NCBI GenBank assembly: GCA_963803975.1
Contig: CAWDOY010000008.1
Span: 1 to 64,000 of the forward strand
Direction of reading: 5' to 3'
From: an uncultured delta proteobacterium
Lineage (GTDB): Bacteria; Desulfobacterota; WTBG01; CAIYCZ01
Length of the DNA stretch: 64,000 nt
The notes below the pieces were generated by a model. It did not search any database. It was given only the letters and a program-made list of their open reading frames with translations, and was not told where the DNA came from. The position numbers were made by a program, and so were the translations under genes. Positions 10,977 to 20,026 of this stretch are shown piece by piece; within the stretch, counting starts at the first letter, position 1, and every line of letters begins with the position of its first letter.

Positions 10977-12410
10977 TTAAAAGCCTTCTTCCGCTTCCCC
11001 GCTCATTTTTTTTACATCAGAGGCCATTTCTATGGCCATTTTGATATATTGTTTGGCCATGGCCCGGCGGAAGCGGTTGCCGGAGAACATGAACTGCAGC
11101 TGTTTCAGGAATGCTTTGGGCCGCACATAGGTCTTTACCCAGAAGCCGCTGAAGATCTCCTGCAGCTTTTCCGGCGGGATATGGGTCTTTATGACTGATT
11201 TGCCGAAGCCGTAATCCTTCCAGTTAAAGCTGGTTATCATATCCCTGGCCTTCAAATCCTCATACATGTCCGTGCCCGGGAAAGGCACTGCCAGGGAGCC
11301 GACGATAAACGAGCAGTGGGCTGGATAGAGATATTTCCCGTAGTCAAGGATCGCCTGCAAAGATTCCTCGGTATCCTCAGGCAGCCCGAATAAGAGATAC
11401 ACCGACACCATGATGTCCAGCTCATACTCCAGGGTATCGAGCATTTTCTCAATAGCGCTGGCGTCAAACCCCTCTTTGCCGCATAATTGCCTCATTTTGG
11501 GGTCAGGCGTCTCCAGGCCGATCACAATCTTAATCAGCCCGTTTTTCTTCATCCGCGGCCATAGGTCCTGATAGCTCAAAAAAATATCTTCCCGGGTTTC
11601 ATAATACCAGTAGAGTTTCTCCCCGCATTTTTCAAGCTCATCCAGGAATCCCTCCATCTGGGAGCGCACCAGAAACGAGGCATCATCCTGAAAAAAGAAG
11701 GTGTCGTGATTAAAGTTTTTCTTCACCCACACCATCTCTTCCACGATTTTAGCGGGATTTCTGCGGCGCACGCCTTCATGGACCTTCCAGGTAATGCAGT
11801 AGGGGCATTTATACGGGCAGCCCCGCGAGGAAGAGGTGGCAAGCAGCCGGTTGCCGACCCAGTGGTACTTATCCACCGGAAACAGGTGCCAGGCGGGAAA
11901 CGGCAGGGAATCAATATCAGCGATGGGCGGCCGGTCGGGGTTGCGCACGATGGCTCCATCGCGGTCGCGGAAGGTTATGCCCTGCACCGTGGCAAGAGGC
12001 TCCCCTGCCTCAAGCGCCCTGCACAGATGGCTGATGGTCGCCTCGCCCTCGCCGCGCACCACAATATCGAGTTCCGGGCACTCCTCAAGTGATTCGCGGT
12101 CAGTAAAGCTGAAGTGCGGGCCCCCGGCCAGGGTTATAATATCAGGGCTTATCTCTTTTTTGGCGCGGCGGAAAATGTTGAGGGAGCGCGGCGCCACCGG
12201 CGTCTGGCCGCCGGCGCCGATCATATGCGGGCTGAAGGCGCGGATGCGGGCGATGATATCATCATAGGACAGGTCTTCCGCTGCAGCGTCTATAACCTTC
12301 ACCTCCACCCCGTCCTGCTCAAGCACTGCTGCAATATAGGCAAGCCCCAGGTTGGGTGAAAGCTGAACCTTTTGATGATACATCGGTGGCTGAATTAAAA
12401 GAACCCGCAT
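10977..12410 (-). CDS. cobalamin-dependent (class B) radical SAM enzyme
   Basis: N-terminal B12-binding domain (PNLGLAYIAA, GGPHFS, VVRGEGE), SRGCPYKCPYC, FQDD, GLET, PFPGT; start taken at MRVLLIQPP. Confidence 0.9.
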   Translation of the reverse strand: MRVLLIQPPMYHQKVQLSPNLGLAYIAAVLEQDGVEVKVIDAAAEDLSYDDIIARIRAFSPHMIGAGGQTPVAPRSLNIFRRAKKEISPDIITLAGGPHFSFTDRESLEECPELDIVVRGEGEATISHLCRALEAGEPLATVQGITFRDRDGAIVRNPDRPPIADIDSLPFPAWHLFPVDKYHWVGNRLLATSSSRGCPYKCPYCITWKVHEGVRRRNPAKIVEEMVWVKKNFNHDTFFFQDDASFLVRSQMEGFLDELEKCGEKLYWYYETREDIFLSYQDLWPRMKKNGLIKIVIGLETPDPKMRQLCGKEGFDASAIEKMLDTLEYELDIMVSVYLLFGLPEDTEESLQAILDYGKYLYPAHCSFIVGSLAVPFPGTDMYEDLKARDMITSFNWKDYGFGKSVIKTHIPPEKLQEIFSGFWVKTYVRPKAFLKQLQFMFSGNRFRRAMAKQYIKMAIEMASDVKKMSGEAEEGF

Positions 12411-12599
12411 GAGTGTCTTTCTGCTCTGTTCATAAGTGGTGTGGCTCGTGACCCGTGACCTGTGACTGGTTATCAGTGAAACGTGGAAGGTGAAATTCCG
12501 ACTCGCCGATTCATAGCTCATTCAGCCTTTTTGACCTCTTTGCCGATCTGCATCTCTGCATATTCCGCAATCTGCAATCTCAACTCCCCAACTTCCCTG

Positions 12600-12878
12600 C
12601 TACCGGTGGCGCATCGGCACCTTCGCCTGGTCAGTCGGCTGCTGGCCTTCAAACGGCGGAAACACTTTAATTGCTTCATACCCGCAGTGAAATTCACACA
12701 TATGGCACTTCAGGCAGAAGCTCTGGTCCGGCGCACAGCTCTTTTTCTTTTTGCCCACCACTTTTAATTCAAGCAGATTGACCGGGCACACTGATATGCA
12801 GGTGCCGCAGCCCACACACTTTTCTTCATCAATTCTGATTTCTATCTGAACAATATCCTGTTCGGTTACTTTTGGCAT
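12600..12878 (-). CDS. 2[4Fe-4S] ferredoxin
   Basis: CVGCGTCISVCP and CLKCHMCEFHC; RBS AGGAGG. Confidence 0.9.
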   Translation of the reverse strand: MPKVTEQDIVQIEIRIDEEKCVGCGTCISVCPVNLLELKVVGKKKKSCAPDQSFCLKCHMCEFHCGYEAIKVFPPFEGQQPTDQAKVPMRHR

Positions 12879-12941
12879 GGTATATCCTCCTTAAAATAAA
12901 TCAGCCGTCAGCTGAGCAGCTGATCAGCTATCAGCTTTTAT

Positions 12942-13721
12942 TTATGACAGTCCCTTCATCACCAGAGACCCAAGCTCTTTCCCGTAACAGCGGAGCATTA
13001 CCGATGTCACCGGATCCCGATCAAACAGCCAGTCCTGAAGTATCCGCTTGCGTTTGATGCAGTATTCCCGGTGGGCAGGGTCCTTTATGGGCTGTGCTGC
13101 CTTCACCGTTTCAGCCCACAGCGCAAGGTATCGCAGGGGCAGGTTGAGGATGCGCTCCCGGTATTCCGGCGTTCCTCCTGCCTGGGTCCGGAAAAAGCTG
13201 TAATAGGGGCCGGTAAGGGTCCTGAACCAGACATGCAGCGACGGCGGGCCGATAATGTCATAATATTCCCTGAAGGTATTATCCAGCTTATCCAGATAGT
13301 TCAGCCGGTAGTCTTCATTGAGCACGAGGTCACACAGGGGCATGTGATCAACCATGCCGTGCCCGGGGCCCCGTCCCTCGTCCCAGTCAATGAGCATTAC
13401 CGGGAAATCATAATCATCCCGCGGAAAGCCGATGACCGCCCCTGATATGGACCGCCCGGAAAGCACCTGCCACCAGATGCAGACCTTCTCGATTTTGTCT
13501 GACTGAAATACCCGCACCGCACCCCTGGCCATGGGGGATTCAAGATTTTCCAGCAGAAGGTCCATATTGTATCCCTGATACTGGCCCGTTAACGGCTTTA
13601 AATCAAGGGTGCGCAGTATCTCCCAGCACTTTTCAGGAAACGGCCGGATGTTGGGAACATTTTTAGCCGGCCAGGTATCGCACTTGAACCCCACTTCTTT
13701 TTCCAAATGGTACTCTGTCAT
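12942..13721 (-). CDS. ferredoxin-dependent bilin reductase / red chlorophyll catabolite reductase fold protein (copy 2)
   Basis: FPRDDYDFPVMLID, DHMPLCDLVLNEDY (recalled RCCR motif DLVLNPDY), WFR...GPY, YL.LW...V..AQP, RDP...M.R.YG.E (recalled PebA/B motif KDPARGML.R.YG.EW). Confidence 0.75.
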   Translation of the reverse strand: MTEYHLEKEVGFKCDTWPAKNVPNIRPFPEKCWEILRTLDLKPLTGQYQGYNMDLLLENLESPMARGAVRVFQSDKIEKVCIWWQVLSGRSISGAVIGFPRDDYDFPVMLIDWDEGRGPGHGMVDHMPLCDLVLNEDYRLNYLDKLDNTFREYYDIIGPPSLHVWFRTLTGPYYSFFRTQAGGTPEYRERILNLPLRYLALWAETVKAAQPIKDPAHREYCIKRKRILQDWLFDRDPVTSVMLRCYGKELGSLVMKGLS

Positions 13722-13761
13722 GGCATGCCTCCCTGTTAAAAATTAGTGATTATATTCATGC

Positions 13762-13998
13762 TTAAAAGTTTCTCCCGCCTTCCTGTGGCGGAAGTATGGT
13801 AATTGCCTTTACCGGGCAGTTATTCTGACACCCATGGTCTTTCATGCACAGTTCTATGTCGTTCACGCAGGGGACTTTTTTGCCGTTTTCTTCCACATAC
13901 TCAATGATGTCCGGCGGACAGATGCGGGCACAGATGCCGCCGCATGTATCTGAACCTATGCAGAGCTCTTTATTGACGATAAACTGTATTTCAGCCAT
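13762..13998 (-). CDS. atypical dicluster ferredoxin
   Basis: CIGSDTCGGICARICP and CMKDHGCQNNCP. Confidence 0.85.
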   Translation of the reverse strand: MAEIQFIVNKELCIGSDTCGGICARICPPDIIEYVEENGKKVPCVNDIELCMKDHGCQNNCPVKAITILPPQEGGRNF

Positions 13999-14043
13999 GG
14001 GAGTCCCTTTTCATATTAGCCCTGTTAGAGGTTTGGCAGAACT

Positions 14044-14253
14044 TCATCGATCTGCGGGATACACCCTGATAGCCTTCTCCGGGCACATCTGCTGGCAGCT
14101 GTGGCATTCAATGCAGACATCAAGGTCCACCACTTCCACAATCCCTTTTTCTTCATTGATGCGTATGGCATCGACATTACAGTACTCAACGCATATGCCG
14201 CAGCCGATGCATTTTTCTTCATCAATAACAATGCTGTGCTCATGCTCGCTCAT
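14044..14253 (-). CDS. 2[4Fe-4S] ferredoxin
   Basis: CIGCGICVEYC and CIECHSCQQMCP; RBS GGAGG. Confidence 0.9.
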   Translation of the reverse strand: MSEHEHSIVIDEEKCIGCGICVEYCNVDAIRINEEKGIVEVVDLDVCIECHSCQQMCPEKAIRVYPADR

Positions 14254-14258
14254 TGCTG

Positions 14259-14675
14259 TTACCCTCCGCACTCTTTCTTCCGGGCAATGACCATCTTCTG
14301 GAACGCTTCATGGGAATCATAGTAGTCCTGCATGCCGAAGATATACGGCACCAGGGCAAAAACATGATGGCGGGCAAGCTCCATGTCACCCTTGACCAGC
14401 TCCGTGTAGGTGTACATCATCTTGGCCTCAAGGGAGTTGTCAATGACATCAAGCAGCACCTTTGCTTTCAGCTTCATGCCCACCTGGGAGCCGGGGTGCT
14501 CGCCCTCTTCCACTACTATCACGCCCTTATCCAGGCGGGAGGTAACAGCCGGCTGGTCATCCTCGAACCTCCAGAAGATTATATCCCCGTCCAGCTCAAC
14601 CATCTGGGCCTTGAATTCTTCATCTTTGTTGACCAGCTCAGCACCTTTTTTCATAATTTCCAGCATTGACGCCAT
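14259..14675 (-). CDS. SCP2 sterol/lipid-binding-like protein
   Basis: Pattern F...L.G.I.W.F......G...V.EG......L....L..VI...L......V.GD..LA resembles the SCP2 fold; RBS AGGAGG. Confidence 0.55.
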   Translation of the reverse strand: MASMLEIMKKGAELVNKDEEFKAQMVELDGDIIFWRFEDDQPAVTSRLDKGVIVVEEGEHPGSQVGMKLKAKVLLDVIDNSLEAKMMYTYTELVKGDMELARHHVFALVPYIFGMQDYYDSHEAFQKMVIARKKECGG

Positions 14676-14765
14676 AGCATCCCTCCTTTTATTGTATTTA
14701 ACATAATTGTCTTGAACATTTTCTTTGTGCCTTTGTGCCTGTTGCCTCCCCTGCGGTCTCTGTTT

Positions 14766-15521
14766 TTATGTATATCCCACGACACTCTTTTTCCCCAGCT
14801 CCGGACCAAGGGTGCGCATCAGAACAGAGCCAAGGGGATCCCGCTGCCGCAGCTGGGTCATCATGATTCGTTTCCTTCTGTTTACATACTGCCGGTACTG
14901 TTCATCTTTCATTGGCTCCGCCTTCCGCACCAGCTCAACCCAGTATTTAATATATTCCATCTCACATTTGAGGGCGCGCTCCCGCTTTTCGTTGGGGCTG
15001 TCAAAAATATGATAGGGGCCCTGCATGGCGCGAAACCAGCGGTAGGTTGAATTGACCCCGATTAAATCCTTGTACTCATTATAGACCGGCTCAATCCCAT
15101 CCTGATATTTCTCGCGATACCACTCATATTCAACCACGTCCGCAATGGGCATCACATCAATGATGATATGCAGCCGCTTTTTTGACTCCTCCCAGGCAAT
15201 AATCAACGCCGGAAAGTCATAATCATCATTGGGCCAGCCCACCCAGCTGCCGCCTGCTATACTTTTAGATATAAGCAGCCACATAAGGGCGAGCTTTTCG
15301 ATCTTCTCGGTGTAGAAGTGCCGGAAGGTTCCCTCAGCCATCGGCTGTTTGACCATGCCCTGGATTGGCGTTAAATCTTCCCCTTCAACCTGGGTCAGCT
15401 TTTTCAGGTTTAATTCTTTCAGCAGCGGCCAGGTGCTCTCCGGAAAGGGATTAGGCTCAAAACCCTTTGTCTGCCACAGGCTTTTGGAATCGAATCCAAT
15501 ATCAGTGATTATCTCGCTCAT
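14766..15521 (-). CDS. ferredoxin-dependent bilin reductase / RCC reductase fold protein (copy 1)
   Basis: Paralog of 12942-13721 (shared PFPE..W..L..L.LK.LT, P.A.G..R.F...KIEK, P.DDYDFP, D.MP..D.V, WFR...GPY, RKRI, RDP..SV..R..G.ELG). Confidence 0.75.
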   Translation of the reverse strand: MSEIITDIGFDSKSLWQTKGFEPNPFPESTWPLLKELNLKKLTQVEGEDLTPIQGMVKQPMAEGTFRHFYTEKIEKLALMWLLISKSIAGGSWVGWPNDDYDFPALIIAWEESKKRLHIIIDVMPIADVVEYEWYREKYQDGIEPVYNEYKDLIGVNSTYRWFRAMQGPYHIFDSPNEKRERALKCEMEYIKYWVELVRKAEPMKDEQYRQYVNRRKRIMMTQLRQRDPLGSVLMRTLGPELGKKSVVGYT

Positions 15522-15632
15522 ACGCTGTCCCTCCAGTTGTTAGGTAAAAAATGACCACAGACCACAGAGAAATTTCTCTCTGATCTAGAAGGCTGATAGC
15601 TGTCAGCTGACAGCTTTTTTAGCCTGCACTTG

Positions 15633-16592
15633 TTACAGTGCAAATATCTTTGTCGCAAGCCCCAGAAGCCCGATAATTGCTCCGGCGATTACATCCCCGT
15701 ACTTTTCAAAAAATTCAAGCTTAATCCAGGAAAGGCCCAGGTACCCCAGCCACGTAAACAGCACAATAGTCCCCAGGGTGCCGACGGTAAAGGATATATT
15801 TACCAGGATGACCGCCATGGTGCCGTATTTGACCGCGGCAAAGGTCAGGGGCAGAAGCGCGATGCAGGGCGTTAAGCCAAGAATGGCAACCAGACCCCAG
15901 CCGGCCCGCTTGTCCTTAAGATCAGCCGTGCCCTGCGCATTGTTCTCATCGCCATGGCTGTGGACAAGACCGTCAATACCTTTTACGCGGTGTTTATGCT
16001 TGTGTTCATGCAGCAAATCTTCATGAAAGTGCTTATGCTCATGATCTTTTTCAGTGGTTGCATCAAAGCTGTGCATGTGATCATCATGCGTGACGTACAC
16101 CACGATATCCAGCTTATGGAGGGAAATAATAAGCCTGCTGCCAATACTGAAACTTACATCCTGGTCATGACTGTGCGCTTGTCCCGGCAGATCATACGCA
16201 TGGGCATTAATGCCGAGCCATTTATTGATAATTGGTATGCCGTGGGAGTGGCCCTGGGCTCCCACCTGCTGCTTGTAGAGGGCATAGGCAGCATAGCCAA
16301 ACCCGAAGATTATCAGGAGCCAGGGAGTTGCCTCTTCAAAGAGCAGCGCAATATCTTTTGATGCCCCTTTTTCAGCAAACACGCCGACCAGCCCGATCAC
16401 CACTGAGGTGCCCACATGCCCGATTCCCGCAAGCAGCGCGAGCAACAGCACCCATGAGGTCTTCCATTTGTTGGCCCTGCCAACCATGACAAACGGAAAC
16501 CAGTGATCAGGTGATACCGTGTGGGTTGCAGCCAAAGTAAACGTAGCTACCAGCAGGGTCCAGAGTCCTGCCTGGGTTAAATCAATATCCAC
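15633..16592 (-). CDS. His-rich Ni/Co transporter (NiCoT/RcnA/UreH-like)
   Basis: HTVSPDHW signature, GHVGTS, long central His-rich loop, TPC motif, about 6 TM helices. Confidence 0.75.
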   Translation of the reverse strand: MDIDLTQAGLWTLLVATFTLAATHTVSPDHWFPFVMVGRANKWKTSWVLLLALLAGIGHVGTSVVIGLVGVFAEKGASKDIALLFEEATPWLLIIFGFGYAAYALYKQQVGAQGHSHGIPIINKWLGINAHAYDLPGQAHSHDQDVSFSIGSRLIISLHKLDIVVYVTHDDHMHSFDATTEKDHEHKHFHEDLLHEHKHKHRVKGIDGLVHSHGDENNAQGTADLKDKRAGWGLVAILGLTPCIALLPLTFAAVKYGTMAVILVNISFTVGTLGTIVLFTWLGYLGLSWIKLEFFEKYGDVIAGAIIGLLGLATKIFAL

Positions 16593-16621
16593 GCAACTCC
16601 CTTCTCCATGAACTTCTTACA

Positions 16622-18548
16622 TTACTTTTTAAAGCGATAGCCGATGAGGCGGGAAGAATTACCCACCACAATGATTGAGCCGATGTTATGAATAATAGCC
16701 CCCACTACCGGACCAATGCCCCCGGTTGAGGCAAGGATTAACGCAACGCCGTTTATGGCAATTGAGATAAAGATACTCTGTTTAATAACAGCGACCGTCT
16801 TTCTTGAAAGCGCAATGGCTTCACTCACCTTGCTGAGATCATCGCCGGTCAGGGCAATATCAGCTGCCTCAATCGCCGCATCAGTGCCGATTGCTCCCAT
16901 GGCAATGCCCACATCCGCCTCAACCAGCGCAGGGGCATCATTGATCCCGTCTCCCACCATGGCCACTTTTTCACCCTGGGCCTGCAATTTCTTTATGTAG
17001 GCAAGCTTTTCTTCCGGGAGAAGATCAGCGACTATGTCATTCAACCCCGCTCCTTCAGCGATTGCCCGCGCAACCTGTTGATTGTCTCCGGTCAGCATCA
17101 GGATTTTTTTTATGCCCAGGCTTCGTATATCCTGTATTGACTCGTGAACATCTTCTTTCAGCGTATCAGCTATGCCGATGCCGCCGATCACCTTTCCGGC
17201 AGCAGCAACCAGTATCGGCGTTGAGCCGGAAGCTGTCATGTCACTTAAAAACTGCCGTGCTTCAACGGGCAGGGTAATATTCTTTTCTGTAAATAACCGT
17301 TCATTGCCCACAATGATTTCCTGCCGGTCTTTTGTAGCTATGATACCCCGGCCCACAATAACTTCAGTGTCATCAGGGTCAAACGGCCATATCTCTTCTT
17401 TTCTGCAATACTTCAGAATGGCGTCAGCCAGGGGATGCTCTGAATGACGCTCTGCAGTGCCGGCACTCTGCAGCACCTCCTGCTCCGGCACGCCGGAAAA
17501 ACCGCGCACTGTTTTAACCGTCGGGGTCCCGTAGGTCAGCGTTCCGGTTTTATCAAAGACAAAGGTTGTCAGCTTCCCGATTGCTTCTAAAACCGCTCCT
17601 CCCTTGATAAGAATTCCCCGGCGGGCGGCGTTCCCTATTCCTGCCACCACGGCAGTGGGTGTCGCAATGACCAGCGCACAGGGACATGCCACAACCAGCA
17701 CCGTCACTGCCCGGATAATCTGCCCGGTTAAAAGCCAAACCAGGGCTGCCAGCGCCAGCATGGCCGGCGTAAACCAGACGGCAAAGGTATCGGCAATGCG
17801 CTCAATCGGGGGCTTTTCAGCCTGTGCTTTACGTACCAGCTCAATGATTTTTGCTATTGCTGTTTCCGTGCCGACGCGGGTTACCGCTATTTTGAGCACG
17901 CCGAGCTGATTAAGGGTCCCGCCGAAGACTTCATCTCCCGGTTCCTTTGAAATCAAGGCTGACTCGCCGGTAATGGGCGACTGGTTTATTTCCCCGCGCC
18001 CCTCCTGTATAAGGCCGTCAACAGGAATTTTTTCACCGGGCCGCACTATCACCAGGTCGCCAACGCGCACCTCATCGATGTCAATTATTCTCTCGTGCCC
18101 GTTGCGCAGCACCCGGGCCGTTTCAGACTCAAGCTGCATGAGCGCGCGCACCGCCTCACCGGTCCTGGCGATGGTAATATCCTCCAGCAGCTCGCCGATG
18201 TTCATCATGAGAACAACAATGGCCCCGGCAAGATATTCTCCAACCCAGATAGAGGCAATCAGGGCGCAGGTCACCAGCACTTCGGCATTCAGTTTTTTAT
18301 TGCTTATGGTCGAGACGACGGAATTTCTGACAATGGGATAACCGGAGAGTACGGCAGCGGCAAGGGCGAGGTACATTCCCGGGGGCGTGTTCGCGCCCAG
18401 CAGCCAGGCCCCGGCAATGAGAATAACGCAGGCAATGGGATTAATGAATTCCTGGTAGCGGTCAATAAATGCATCAAAGCCGGGTGTGCCCGCCTGACGC
18501 AGAAACCATCAATTCCTGTTCCGATAAGAGCTTCCCGCGCGACATCAT
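16622..18548 (-). CDS. heavy-metal P1B-type ATPase (N-terminal frameshift near 18485)
   Basis: TGES, CPCAL, DKTGT, SEHPLA, GDGINDAP, HNIGS; reading frame extends upstream of 18376 as GFDAFIDRYQEFINPIACVILIAGAWLLG. Confidence 0.92.
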
Positions 18549-18555
18549 GCATGGG

Positions 18556-19297
18556 CTAATCATTCCTCCACGAAAAATTAAGCCGCAAGAAACTTCCGAT
18601 GAGCAGGAACAGGGCAACCAGGGCCACCGCTGTGAAACGCCCCATGAAAAGCCCGGCAAGCAACACGGCTCCCGCAAGAATATCAGCGTTAACCGTTCTT
18701 TTACCTATGCACTCAAACACAGCATTCTTCATGAGCGGGAAAATACCGATTATCGCCGCGCATACCAGCATGCCGTCTGACAGGTATCCGGGCAGCAGCT
18801 TAAAATACCCCGCGGCAATTAAAACACCCATCAGCCCCGCAGCAAACCAGTCCCGTGCCGGATCTCCAAACACCTTGTGCATGGCAGTCGTATGCTCCGG
18901 ATGGTGGGAGTGAAAATGACCGTGATAAAAATTATGCCCGTGGTCGTGGACATGGGTAAAAGCGCGGTCTTCAGTGCTCTCCGCGATCATGGCTGTGAAC
19001 ATGCAAATCATCCTCATGCTCTTCATATGCAGCATCGTCATGCTCGTGCTGATGCCCATGAGGGGTTTCAAGGTCACGATGATGGTCGGGAGCATGCTGT
19101 TCATGGTCAGTATCATGCTCGTGTTCATGATGCTCATGGTGCTCAGGGGAACCAGAATCATGGGCGCCGTGCCGGTCATGCTCATGGGCGTGTTCATCTC
19201 CTGAGCGCTGTTCTTCATGATCATGCCTTTGGCCGCTGTTTTTTATTTTTTTATTCTTACCCTGATACAGAAGTGAGTCCCGGTGAACATCATGCAT
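18556..19297 (-). CDS. His/acidic-rich membrane protein with P1B-ATPase-like N-terminal TM helices (frameshift near 18975)
   Basis: ORF 18971-19297 is His/Glu/Asp-rich and joins the His-rich plus 4-TM C-terminus of ORF 18556-19224; RBS AGGAGG. Confidence 0.7.
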
Positions 19298-19337
19298 GAG
19301 GCAGACCTCCTGAAAAACTCTAAAAACTAACTCATAG

Positions 19338-19793
19338 TTATATTTTCTTTAGTATCTGATAGGCCCCCTCCAGGTGGTTAAGAAGGGCTTTTTTTTCCGT
19401 CTCATCCAGTTTTGCGAAGAGCGCTTCAAACTCTTTTCTGCGCTTTTGGGTAAATTCCTGGCGGATTTTTTTACCTTTTTCAGTGAGGCGGACCTTTATA
19501 ATCCGCCGGTCTCCGTTGTCTTTGAAGCGTTCAGCAACGCCATCCCGCTCAAGCCGGTCAACCATGTCTGTTATCGTCGAGCTTTTGACCCGGGCATTCC
19601 TGCCCAGTTCTCCGATGGGGTATGCTTTGTTCGCGTCCTGAAAGGCGTACAATGATTTAATGATGGTGGGGGTTAAATCGGACGCCGAACTGCTGCTTCC
19701 TTTCTGGAAGACTGTTTTATTATAAAACTCATCAATAAAGTCCCGCACGATCAGCATCTGGGTATCAAGATTACTCGCTTTTTTCTTTTCCAT
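19338..19793 (-). CDS. MarR-family transcriptional regulator
   Basis: STITDMVDRLERDG, DRR....LT.KG winged helix; start MEKKK after GAGGG. Confidence 0.9.
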   Translation of the reverse strand: MEKKKASNLDTQMLIVRDFIDEFYNKTVFQKGSSSSASDLTPTIIKSLYAFQDANKAYPIGELGRNARVKSSTITDMVDRLERDGVAERFKDNGDRRIIKVRLTEKGKKIRQEFTQKRRKEFEALFAKLDETEKKALLNHLEGAYQILKKI

Positions 19794-19835
19794 ATCCCTC
19801 ACTTCTTTGCCGCGCGTTTTTTCTGTGTGCCTTTT

Positions 19836-19892
19836 TCCGTTTCCGGATATTCCGTATTCCGGAATATTAAAGCAGGAACATTTTCCTGTCAA
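19836..19892 (-). promoter_or_regulatory. sigma70 promoter and probable MarR operator
   Basis: TTGACA-17 nt-TAATAT on minus; perfect palindrome TATTCCGGAATA (19855-19866) overlapping the -10, with further TTCCG repeats. Confidence 0.7.
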
Positions 19893-20026
19893 GGAGTTTT
19901 TTAAAAAGCGGTGAATCGTTGCTGACGGGACCACGACCGTGCTGAAACAGCACGCAGGGTGAGAAAAAGGATGGAAGTTACCGGAATGCGGGAGCAGTGC
20001 TGAAAAACGCGGGACGATGGGGCCGG

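Noticed and set aside
10977..12410. BchE, implying a photosynthesis gene cluster
   Set aside because: The B12 radical SAM architecture is shared by many enzymes and no bch, puf or other photosynthesis genes are present
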